A program made the position numbers and the translations under genes. From Podarcis melisellensis (taxonomy: Eukaryota), in NCBI GenBank assembly GCA_964234715.1, contig OZ174281.1: DNA of 64,000 bases. The stretch is one strand, 5' to 3'. Below, one piece after another: positions 52,204 through 63,201 of this stretch. The notes beneath the pieces were generated by a model. The model was not told the DNA's origin and made no database searches. It worked only from the letters and a program-made list of their open reading frames with translations. Numbering within the stretch: position 1 is the first letter of the stretch; each line of letters opens with the position of its first letter.

Positions 52204-53149
52204 TTTTTTCTGTTGTGCCATGTGTGCGTGCAAAAAGTTGTGCCAGGAGAGTCACAGCATCCCAGTTGGTAGATGGCGCTGAGTTGAATTAAGACAGCAG
52301 GCTTCTTCATTGGTCCTCTCAATGTACTGTGTCTCTAGAGCTGGCATGCTTAAGTCATTCCAGTAATGGACTCTTTAACGCCTGGGTTCAAGTGCAATTA
52401 GCACAGCCTGCCATACTAAATGTGTATACCTTGGAAACCTGTGGGCAAAATCTGACCGTTTGCTGATAAATGATCCTACTAACCAGTGTTCCCTCTCAAC
52501 TGTGGCCTCATGCAGTACAGGATGAGCAGCAAAAACTGAGGGGAATGTGTGTGTGTGAACTCGCCTATCACTTCTGGGCTATCAAAAGCAGTGAGGGGGT
52601 GAGCCCATGCATTCCCCCCACTATTCCTTTGAGGACAACTACAGCTAAGAGGATTGCACTGGCTTTGAGTGCTGCATTGGAGTAGGGTGGGTGGGTGGTG
52701 GAAGAGAGACACAACTTTCAGGAAATGCAGGGCTTAAAAAAAAGAGGCAATGGAAGAACTTGACCCACTATGCAAGCCCTTTTTCTATTACTATTTCGAC
52801 ATTTGTTTCTCAGTTGCTATCTGAGCCATCTTAAAGAGCCTGTATAATGTAAACTGGTTGCAAGAAACACTTGAAAAACCCCAACAACTTCTATGGATTA
52901 TAGCATAGCATTATAGCGCCGTAAGAACCACTCCTACACACAAGCCCACATATCAGGGCACCCAATGGTACTATATCTTTTACTGAGGAAAACTATGACA
53001 CAGAAAGGATTGTTAAGTGGTGGGAAATAACTCTTCTGTGTGGCATACAAACACAGATACACATTTCTGGGGAGGTATTGCAGCCAAATAGCGCTGCTTA
53101 AACTTTGTTGCAGAATGGACTATATTCTCATTTGCTTTTTCTTTGAGAC

Positions 53150-53478
53150 ACAGGAAGTCGCTTTATACCAAGTCAGACCTCTGCTTCATTTAGCTCAGCA
53201 TTGTCTACGCTGACTGTAGCTCTCCAGATTTCTAGAAGAGAAGGGTTCCTAGAATCATAAAGGTTGGAAGGGACCCTTAGGACCCTCTAGTCCAACCCTC
53301 TGCAATACAGCAATATGCAGCTGTCCCTTATGGGAATCATGGCTGCAACTTTGGCATAACCAAGACCATATTCTGACCAACGGAGCTATCTAGCTGCCAA
53401 CTAGATAGCTGGAGATGCCAAGGATTGAACCTGGAAACTCCTGCATACAAAGCCAGGTGCTGTGCTACTGCGCACAGG
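53150..53478 (-). mobile_element. tRNA-derived SINE interrupted by a nested POM-like SINE (about 53251-53394)
   Basis: Host halves are AGGAAG...AGTCAGACC...CTCTCCAG and CTGGAGATGCCAAGGATTGAACCTGG (reverse B-box). The inner element matches the 9235-9366 family. Confidence 0.7.
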
Positions 53479-55099
53479 ATCCTTTCCTAAATAAAGACCT
53501 CCCCATCTTTTCAGCACCACCACACCTTACTACATTTCTTTGTGTCACCCAGTGAAATTGACGGACAGATTTAAGTGCAAGGGTTGACATTTCGATTTTT
53601 GGCAGATTGAAAATAATTTTATTCTGGGTTTCATTAGCTATATGCTCACTGAAGAGTATACTGAATTTTCTGGGTTATCTGCTGTGCTGCTACATAGACC
53701 TGAGTTACATGCTGCCTATCATTCTGAACAGTGGAGCATATCAGGAGAGACCACCACCACCTTTGACTGATTCTCCCACTTGTTCTGTACCTCAGTAGCA
53801 AGTTGGTTTTTCTTCGGCAGGTGCTTTTACCGCTTGGTCAACTACATTTTGGGGCTACTGGAAGTTATTTCTAATATCCTTTTGAGGCCGCCTCTTAAGT
53901 GGTCACTGGTGTCATTGGGGGAGGCAGCCTGAGCCCCCTTCAGCAAAAATTGCAGGAGGGCCTCCAAATTTAAAAGGGCTAGTTTTCAATATCTTGAAGT
54001 AGAGTAAACACATTGATATCTAACAGGGCATTGCTCCTGTTTTAAAAAATTCATTCCAAACTGTTTCCAACTCTGATTGCTCTGAAAGGAAACTTATCAG
54101 ACACTGATCACTCTGCACTTGAGGCTATAATATATCTATAGCCTCATTCTTTGGCAATGCACAGTCATTTTGTTGACCTTCTTTCAGCTTTGTACTTATC
54201 CTAGGTTTCAAGCCAAACGGGAAGAACCAAAATGGCAAGTCCAAGCATTACTAGTCTGGCAACTATACTAAGTACCACCTGCACCAGAAAGCCAAGGCTA
54301 CATCATCAAACCCCAGTGGAAAGGAATGAAGCTCCCTACCTGACGACAAATCAATTTTTAAAATTCTGAGGAAAACTGCTACTTAGCCCTAAAAGGTGGG
54401 ACTAACCACACGAAGCAAAATCTGGGGCAAGGAGCAGGGAAACCACTGCAGAACAAAACCGCAAAGATAAAGGTGGTGTCAGAGAGCAGCTTCAATTAAC
54501 CCACTGAGCACTTCCAGCATTCATGCCTTGTGCTTTCTCCGTTAGTGGGAATGGAAAGTAAGCCACAGGAATGGCAATCACATCTATCACTATCTAGATG
54601 GCATTTTGTAGCAGGTGTGTCTGAAAGTACAAATAACACCAAAAAAGCTCACACTAATGTTTTATTGCCAACTGGAAAAAAAGGCGGGTGCAGATTATCT
54701 AGCATCTAGATTCAGTTTTTTACTTGACATTCTTACTTTCTGACAGAGTGATTAAAGTGGTTGTCCATCAATAGGAACTACTCAGCACGGTCAGAATTGA
54801 AACCTTGCACAACCTTTGGAGCTCGGTGGTCTCATATACTGAAAGGATGATTTGGCCTGCAAAGTCAACCTTCTGGGTGTTAAACAGGCTGTGCTTGAAA
54901 GGGGAACTGCTGTTTCTTGGGATAGAGCTTGGGCAGAAGTTTTTTTCTCCATAAGTGAAGGATGCAAATAATGGGAAGATCCCCTTTATGGTCTCCACCA
55001 GGAGCTGATCTTAGTTCTGCATATGCAATGCAATTTTATCCATGCTTATTATATATATGCCTTCCCACTGTGTCCAATGGGGCTTACTCCTTTGTAAAC

Positions 55100-55248
55100 C
55101 ACTTCCCATGAAACACTGGCAATTGTAGCTCTGAGGTAAATAGGAATCCCCCTTAAAATTCAGCCCTGTTAAATTACAGTTCCCAGGATTCTTTGGGGAA
55201 AGCCATGCTAGTTTCAAGTGCTGTGTTGCTGCTTTAAATGTATAGTGC
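55100..55248. mobile_element. Degenerate squamate non-autonomous DNA element
   Basis: CTGGCAATTGTAG ... TTACAGTTCCCAGGATTCTTTGGGGAAAGCCATG ... GCTTTAAATGTATAGTG, with partial inverted symmetry. Confidence 0.45.
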
Positions 55249-55367
55249 CTAAGGAAATCAAAGAACGACACAGCTTCCTCCCTGGCTTTGTTGTCGGGGA
55301 AAACATTGCCAATTATCAAGAACTAATAGAGGAGGCCATGTTCATCCTAAAGACATGCAGCTGCAAA

Positions 55368-55385
55368 TAGCTCCCTCTAGTGTCA
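55368..55385 (-). promoter_or_regulatory. CTCF-like motif
   Basis: Minus strand reads TGACACTAGAGGGAGCTA, close to the CTCF core CCACYAGRKGGCRC. Confidence 0.45.
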
Positions 55386-58300
55386 GTGGAATATATTTGC
55401 ACGCAAGGCAATATTTCAGACAAAGTTAAGTCAACCGTCTCCTGACTGCCTGTATAAGAAACAACTATCGCTGCTCAGGCATCCCAAGAGCGTTGCAGCA
55501 GCACCAGGTACCGCCTTGACCACAGTTCTTGTCCTATTAAACATTTCGCACTTACCCGAAGACCCGAGGGATCCAATACTGAGTCTGGCATGATGAGTAA
55601 AGCACGTATGTGGGGGGAGAATCTGCCCCCAACGCATCCTTGGGCGAACCTGGGTTGCAGCCTGCTGCCAGCTCACGGCCAACATCCACTTCTGGACTAT
55701 CTTTGCACTCTATTCCACCTTGCTTTGGGCAGCAAGTCCCTTTTCCTTTGTTCCCCCTTCTTTCTGTCCCTTTCACTCTCCCCCGATAACTTTGTTGAGA
55801 TCTGCCGGAGAGATAGCTTTGGAGGGGGCTGCATGAAGAAACCGAACAGGCGTCGTGGCGAAGAAAAAACTAGGAGACCAGAATTTTCGTAGCTCCGGAA
55901 GTTCAGCAGGGAATCTAGGAGCGCAGGCAAGCTGTGCGCCTTCGCTTGCGCCCGTTCGTTCCTCTGAGCCGCTGGAGTCCTGGGTCGTTTTTCCAGAGCA
56001 AAACCCAAAGCGCTCGTCTCTTTTCTCTGCCGGCATACACAGCCGTTCACACACAGCCGACGCTTACACCCCTTCCGTTGATCTCTTTGAAACCAAAGTC
56101 AGATTGGCTATAAGACTCTGGTAGCCCTTGCCCATTCCTTGACCGCAGTGCAGACTTTAAAGGTTTGCTGCCCTTCCAGGGTCGTATAAATCGTTGCGAT
56201 GAGTTGGAAGCGATGCTCCGCCTCCGCGGATGCTGGCTGGCTTTCTTCTCTCCGGTTTGTGTTATTCCAGAGACCAAGGCTTCCTTAAAAGATCTTACTT
56301 AGAAGATCCCCTGAACGGAGGAGCTGTGCTCTTCGCTTCCTCCTCCCCACTTTGAAAAAAAAAGTTGTATTTATTATATTGCACGTCGAAGGTGCGACTT
56401 GGAGCAGGGCGGCCAGCTGCAAAAGAGGACCAGGCACCTGCACTTTTGAGAATTGCGTAGAATAAGAGGGAGGCTTCCGTGGAGACAGCTTGGTGCGCGA
56501 GCTGCTCCTGCAGAAATTAATCCAAGTTGACGATTCTGGAGGAGTCCTGGCAGCGCTAGTTGGATGTAGAAGTCCCATGGACATTCATTGGGGCCCTGCC
56601 TTTCCTTCAGTTTCTCCGCCCCCCCCTCTCCGTTTGTAATAATGTTATCACAGGTGAACTTGTCACTAAAATATAGCCTACAGGCAAGAGAATAATTCAT
56701 AGTTGATACCAAGCATTGTGCATGTGTGTGTGTGTTTTTAAATTAAATTCATTCTGGCTATTCAAATACATGTAATTGGCTCCCTCCAAGCAAGCGTACT
56801 TGGAAACGGGCGGTGCATAGTATACCATGGATAGTATTACATACTTCAGTGGCTTGGTAGTGTACAGAAATCTCTTCTCCACAGAGAGATCTCCAGGATA
56901 CATTTTTTAAAAAAATTATTCAAACAACTACATTTCCAAAAGCAGAGCAGCCTGATCAAAGTGTGTTTTGACTGCATGATTTGGGAGTACTATGAAAAGA
57001 AGTTAAACAGGGGATCTGCACAGTTCTTAAAAGGACGGGTTTCAATAGAAAAACAACATTTTTAAAATCTCAATGCATCTCAAGGGGAGCTGCTCTAAAG
57101 GGCATTGGGAAAACGGGGGTAAGAAATTGACATTGGCTTTCAAAACATCCAAATTTATAATAAACATTTCGGGCGTGCCACTAAGAGCTCTTTGCAAACT
57201 CTTTCCCGCTGTTGGTGTGCCCGTGTGAAAGTAACGTAGGTCGGGTTGTAGCTGACATCATACTCAGAGTAAACCTACTGGACTCAATGGATTTTAGTCC
57301 ACATTTTATTTATACTCTTAATATGACCTAAATACAACTCCTTAGTCTTTAAATGCTCTTGTATCAGATCTTTCTTTGATTGATGGCAATGCTGGGGTGG
57401 TGGGTTGATTCCTGCATCTTTGTCTCATTGTGAAAAAGTGGCTGGCCTCCCTGGTCCAAAGTTTCTGAGCTGCATTTTTAGACTTTCACACGGTATTGTT
57501 CACAGCTGCCGCCCTAACACATTTGTATGTGTAGAAGAGTTTGTGTTCTTAACGGGCAACGCTCCCTAACGTGACTTCTCCTAATTTTTCCATGACTGTG
57601 AACACACCCAAAGTTGACGGGCATTGCCATTAAAATGATGCGCGTGCGCCACATCTTGTGATCAGTTATGTGTGGTGGGGCTTATCTGCACCCCGCCCCA
57701 ATGTTTTATTCAAGTTGACATCCCTGGTGGGTGAAAATTACAATGCAAAAGAAAACCTTTTCTCTTGATCTCCCTCGTCCCTTATTTTCCTTCAAGTTAT
57801 AACCGACATCAGTTACATTACCAAAGGTTCCCTTACCTTTGCCAGTTTCACCAGAGGGCTGCGAAATTTGGAGGCCGTCGGGGTTTTTTTTCTTAAATTG
57901 ATAGAGCTTCCTGTCGCTCTGTCGTTTTCGGTTGAAACCAGAGATGAGCCAAGAGGAAATGGACAAAGACTTCTTGGACCCTTTAAGGGAAACGTAGGGA
58001 AAACGTAGGCTGTAAATTGTCGCAAAGCACATTAAAAGTCGAGGAATTCTCTTGACAGTTCGTAAAACGCTTAAAAATACGCGCGTGTTCTTTCTCTTTA
58101 AGAAAAAAGCCCCCAATATTTTATTCTGGGCAAACTGATCTATGATTCCAGCCTACCCTCCAGTTAAATAATTCTGAAAGGGAGGGATGTAAATTGGTTG
58201 GAATGTTCCTATTATCTCGACCTGATTCACACGTGAGTGCTTGTGCTACCGGGAGGAAGGCTAAGAAAATGGGGAGGAACACAATTAACAGTTGTGTTAA

Positions 58301-60178
58301 TTTCAGCAGGTGTAGTAGGTCACGTGGCAAACTATCCCTAATAAAATCCCGTCTTCTACAACTCCGCCTCCTTTCTTCCATCTGGCTACACTAGCAGCTG
58401 CTGGTAGGTATCTGTGCGTTTTCTCAAACTCAAATGTTCGTAGGGAGAAAAGGGAGAAAACAAGAAGCGCTTCCACGGCCACCTTCCTGTGGAGAATCTC
58501 CCGGCAGCTCCTCCTATTCAATAAATCCCCTTTTGCAACATTAAAAGTAGATCAGATACGTTGGAGGCGGGTGCGGGGAATTAAGGGTACAGAACGCGGT
58601 TGGGACTTACAGTCAAGTAGTTATCTCTTCCTCTGTTCCAAATATGTATTATTATTACTATTTATTTTGGCCGCCGTCTTTATTCCCAGGCAATGCCTTT
58701 GTCCTTCGCCTCCCTTTTGGGAGGTTCTACTCTAAGGAAACAATGTTTGCCCAGAAAACGCCTCATGCGGCACAATCTTATACAAAACTGCTCAATAAGA
58801 AGCCCCACCGTGTTTAATTGGTTTATTCCCAGGAATATGTTCGCAGAGCAGCCGCCGGGAAGTGTGATGGGCGAAACTGGATGCGATCATGTCGCACGGT
58901 TTCTTGCATTTCCCAATAAGATTACCGTATTAGGGGCACTTTGAAGGTTATCAGATTTATTCCGGCATAAGATATTGTGGACCATTCAGATGCATGAAAT
59001 GTTTTCCTGTGTTGAAAGTGTAATATGCTTCCAATATGCCTTTGCGGGGAGGGGGTGTAAACGGTACAGTCAGAAGGATACTATGCGGAAAGTACGAACG
59101 AGCAAGTGACAGTCACACAAGTAACCTATCTCCTGAAATGTCACATAAACGGAATGCGGCACACTGTACTGTAATTTACAGCTAGTTGATCGTTCTTTCC
59201 CATCGCTGGCGCGATTCCCGCTTCTCCCATAAGCCTCCAGATAAGGCTTATTAATCTGTGATTCCGAATTTCAGGATCGCCCACTGATGCCAAAGTTTTG
59301 TGCTGCGAACCCCTCGTTTTGTGCGACTCCCCAAACCGAGTAATTAACAAAACAAATCGGAGTCACAAATTAATGTCAAAAATCCCACCTTGTCCCATTG
59401 ACTCCAAACCAGTGCCGAGGTTTGGTGCCATTTTGTGCCTCAAACCCATCCCCCGCTTTCCCAGCCTCTCCCCCCCCCCCAGCTATTGACACTCAAAGAT
59501 GAGTGGTCCTTGGTTGAGAGAATGGGTTGGGTAGAATCGGATGCTAAGGAGCTCCTCATCTTTGAGCGATCTCGGAGGAACGCTCCTTTTCCTTTGGTTT
59601 ATTTTATCTTTTCCTGGTGAAGGTAGCACTACGGATGTTTTCACAGTACAAGTTGACAAGACCTCCTTTTTATTTCTCTTTTTGAGCACTTCATGTAGTA
59701 AACGCTGTTGATGTAGGGAGAACGGAAGAGAGTTGGAAACAAAACTGAGCGCCAGTGCCGGTTGCATCTTGGGCATTCATTGCTGAGATGTGATTCGGAG
59801 CGAAGGCTCTCCACCTTCCTCCTCCTCCCCTCTAAGCAAGCCAGTCTTTGACCAATAGCTGGAGCCGTCTAAGGAGGCGGGCGAAGGTGGTGGTCGGAGA
59901 GAGACTTGCATCTCTCCGCCCGCCTTCTCCCGGCGAGCATCCTTGGAGCACCATCTGCCCGCAAGGCACACGTGGCTCCTCCTTAAGCGGCCGCTTCTGG
60001 TAGGCGCAGCGTCGAGGGGCGGCCAGAAGAACCGTCGCGGCCCTGCGAGGAGCACAGAGCAAGTTGAGCAACTCCGGAGTGAGTAGCAGCTGCGGGCAGC
60101 AAACTTCCCTTCCTTGCCTGGCTGCCTCCCATCCCGGGAGCCTCTGACGTTGCTTGGGAGCGGGAGGCGTCCAAACAC

Positions 60179-60269
60179 CATAGCTGTCAACGTTTCCCCC
60201 CTTTTCAAGGGAAATTCCCTTATTCCGAATAGGATTCCTCGCAAGAAAAGGGGAAAGTTGACAGCTGTG
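60179..60269. mobile_element. 91-bp hAT MITE
   Basis: TIRs CATAGCTGTCAAC / GTTGACAGCTGTG. 8-bp TSD CCAAACAC (60171-60178) / CCAAACAT (60270-60277). Confidence 0.8.
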
Positions 60270-61165
60270 CCAAACATCTGCTAGTGTAGATGCCTCGGAG
60301 TGACTCCAGTTCTAGAGCGAGCGCGAGATCACTTTTGCCAGCAGAATTACTAGGAGAGAAGGGATGCTGCTTTCTGTTTGGGAAGAGTATTTCGACTTTA
60401 GCTGCGGGGCGAGGACCGCTCCTTGGTCCAAGGCGTCTCGCCTGCCTCCCCCTCCAGCCCGCCGGCCAGCGGGGGCAGATCTGCCCTGCGAGGGCCCGCC
60501 TCTGCCCTGGGAAGGTGCCCGTTGCTTAAGCGGAGGGGCACTCTCCGAATGAAGGAGCGCCCGGCCCCCTCTGTCCCTTGCCAGCGATGGAGAGCCAGAT
60601 CTGGCAGGGTAGGACTGGTGCTGGTGTCCTCGCTCCGGAAGAGCAGGTGGCTGGGCTGGCCACGCGAGCCTCCCCGAGGCGACACCGGTCCTGGGTCTCT
60701 AGGACAAGAAGGCAGGGAGGTTCTGGGACAACAGCAAGTCCTGCTGCTGAAGTGGGCCAAATCCCAGACGTGGACCACAAGTCCCTTTAAAGATCTCACT
60801 GATCGTTAAGTAGGGAGCATCAAGGAGTCTTTAACCCACCGCTGGTCCCTGGAGTCATTTTTATTTCATTGGCAGAGATAACTTTCCCCGCATGGATTCT
60901 GAATAGCATCCCTCGCTTTTTAGTCTCTCTCTTTGGCTTATTCATTCCCAGAAGGGCGCCCCTGCAGTGGAGCTCAATGGGACTTCTCTCCCAGAGAAGA
61001 AAGGGTGGTCAGGATCGCAGCGCAGGAGGGCCTCCTCTGTGCGCAATCCGACGTCTTTCAGGAGGTGGGGCTGCTGCATCTCTTTTGGGTCCGCTGCAGA
61101 AGGGGGCATTGCAGCTGGTCCTGGCCAGCCATGGAAGGTGCAGGAGAAGCCCCCCGAGTGGGGAG

Positions 61166-61204
61166 CATAGCTGCCAACTTTTCCCTTTTCTTGCGAGGAA
61201 TCCT
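61166..61204. mobile_element. Partial copy of the same hAT MITE
   Basis: CATAGCTGCCAACTTTTCCCTTTTCTTGCGAGGAATCCT is near-identical to the reverse complement of the right half of 60179-60269. Confidence 0.7.
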
Positions 61205-62284
61205 TGACAGCTCTGGTGGGGAGCGCCGCCTCTGCGAGAGCTGCTTGCGGAGGCGCTCCTCGAGGTTTGGCGGAAAGGGCACCGTCAGGGCGACGAGAGC
61301 TGCGGGAGCAGCACCAGGAAGCCCCGCTTCCCTGGGCCAGAGCTTTCCCAAAGTCACAGATCCCTTCCAGTCCCTAGGAGTGTTTGCTCGCGAGTAACTC
61401 CACCCGAGTTCAAAGGAGCTTATTCTTCCAAGATGCGTTTACAGCCTCATCTTAGGCAGCTTTATTCAGAAATAAGCCTAGCATGATATGGGAAACTAAA
61501 AAATGAACGCTGACAGGCATTTCCTCCCCTTACTTATTCTACCCCATGAAAAGCAGCATGGGGAGATTTTTTATTACTTGGGGTTAAATACATCCCCTCC
61601 CTCCAATGATTGATTTTGAATGTTTCTGGCTCCCAAGCACTGTAAATGGCGAAGGGCTGGAATTTAGGAAAGGGGTTTAAAACCACCCTGCAGATGGCAA
61701 TCATTAAGAGGACGGTGTGGCGGGTCTGTTTTTGTGGAAATGGCGCCATGATGAAAGGTGTCCCGGGATGGATTTCAAGCCCGTTTTTCGCACGAAGGTT
61801 AATATTGCTCTCTGGTCCCCTCGGAAGAAAGTCTCCCTAATCCATGGGGATGGGACTCCCCCCCCAAGCACCCCACATTCTCATGTAGAACCGGTAGGTT
61901 CACGAATCCACTTGGACACCTGAGGAAAGGTTCAGGCTGCGAGCAAGGAGACTGACAGGCCAGAAGCCCGCCAAAAAGCGAAGCTCGAGGGGAGATGGCG
62001 GGAAGAAGGTCGCGACCCCGATACACCTGGGAGTAAGGCCCATTGAACTCGGCGAGGCTTACTTCTGAGCAGCCTTTTTGAGAAGCCATGCTTAGGATTA
62101 AGATATGGTTGTTTATCTGTATTCTGTCGCTAACTGGCGCTCCCTTCCTCGGTGCAGGAAGCGTTCCTGGACTTGTCACAGCTGGGGTTCCTGTTGTTTC
62201 GTGTCCATTTGCCTCGTATTAGCCCCTCATGTTCGCTTTGGGTGTTCCCACCACACCCCACAGATGACGACCCTCCGGGAGAGT

Positions 62285-62407
62285 CCTCCGTGGGTGGGGA
62301 CTTATGAAAGGGTCTCGGGACAATAGGGCGGAGAGCGTTTCCCTTACGGGGAAGTGATCTGGAGGCCTTATATAAGCCTCCGGGGACGGAAACTGACAGT
62401 AGCTGAG
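62285..62407 (+). promoter_or_regulatory. PRDM14 core promoter candidate
   Basis: KLF-like GGGTGGGG 62292-62299, SOX-like ACAATAG 62320-62326, GC box GGGCGG 62326-62331, ETS-like GGAAGT 62350-62355, TATATAAG 62369-62376, and CA at 62397-62398 about 29 nt after the TATA. Confidence 0.65.
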
Positions 62408-62639
62408 GTAACCTCAGCTCAGCTGTGCCTGGGGAAAAGTTGCCCTTCCTTCGTTCCCTCAGCTCTCTGGCCACAATGCACCCCGTGACGAGTCTCCATG
62501 AGCACCTTTTCCTCCAGCAGGTAGCCCCCTCCCCTCCCCCTCCCTGCCCTCCCCGAGGCGCGCGCTGCCTCTCACGCCCCCCCTGCCTTATTATTTCTCC
62601 CCACAGGTTCCCGCGCTTTCCGCCGCGCCGCGCTCCTCG

Positions 62640-63201
62640 ATGGCCTCCTCCTCCTCCTTCTCCGCCGAGCCTAGCCGAGGCGAAGGCAGCAGCGAGTCTT
62701 TGCTGATGCTCCTGAGGGGCTGCCAGCCCGGGCCCGGCGTCGCCTCCCCCTTCGGCCCGGTCCTGCCAGCGCCGCGCTTCCTCGAGGCGCAGCCTTCCTC
62801 GTGCCCTTTCCAGACGCCCCTGGGAGCAGGACTGAGCCCCGGTTCGCCTCGCCTGGCGCCCTTCCCCTTCTCGCGCCTGCCCGCCGCCGCCGCCTTCCTG
62901 CCTCCTCAGCTGCTGCCGCCGCCGCCGCCGCCGCCGCCCGGTCCTCCTCTGCCCATGCCCCAGCCGCTGCCGGTGGTCTTCCCGTCGCCCTTGGCTCGGA
63001 AGGGCGAGTCGCCTCGCCGGCGAGTCTCCGAGGGAGCGTCGCCCAAGAAGAAGAGCCCCGACCGAGCTCCGGACGCCGAGCAGCGCGCGCCCACCTACCG
63101 CTTCACCGCCCAGGAGCTGCACGCCGTCCTCTACGGGGCCGGACCAGGAGGGAGGCAGCAGGGCGCCGTGGCGGGAGCCGGGCACCCTCCTCGCAGCCCG
63201 G
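62640..63201 (+). CDS. PRDM14: PRDM14 first large coding exon (Pro-rich N-terminus); exon begins at 62607 and the gene continues beyond the window
   Basis: Acceptor ccacag|62607, ATG at 62640, donor CCG G|gtaagg. YRFTAQELHAVLYG resembles the conserved PRDM14 F-x-FTEE-x-L-x-FVLYG motif. Lies downstream of NCOA2 on the same strand, as in other vertebrates. Confidence 0.85.

Noticed and set aside
51446-52322. Several ORFs containing long X runs
   Set aside because: Artefacts of reading through N gaps.
59777-61397. Multiple 100-166 aa ORFs on both strands
   Set aside because: Expected in stop-poor CpG-island DNA; they run across MITE insertions and show no recognisable homology or splice pattern.
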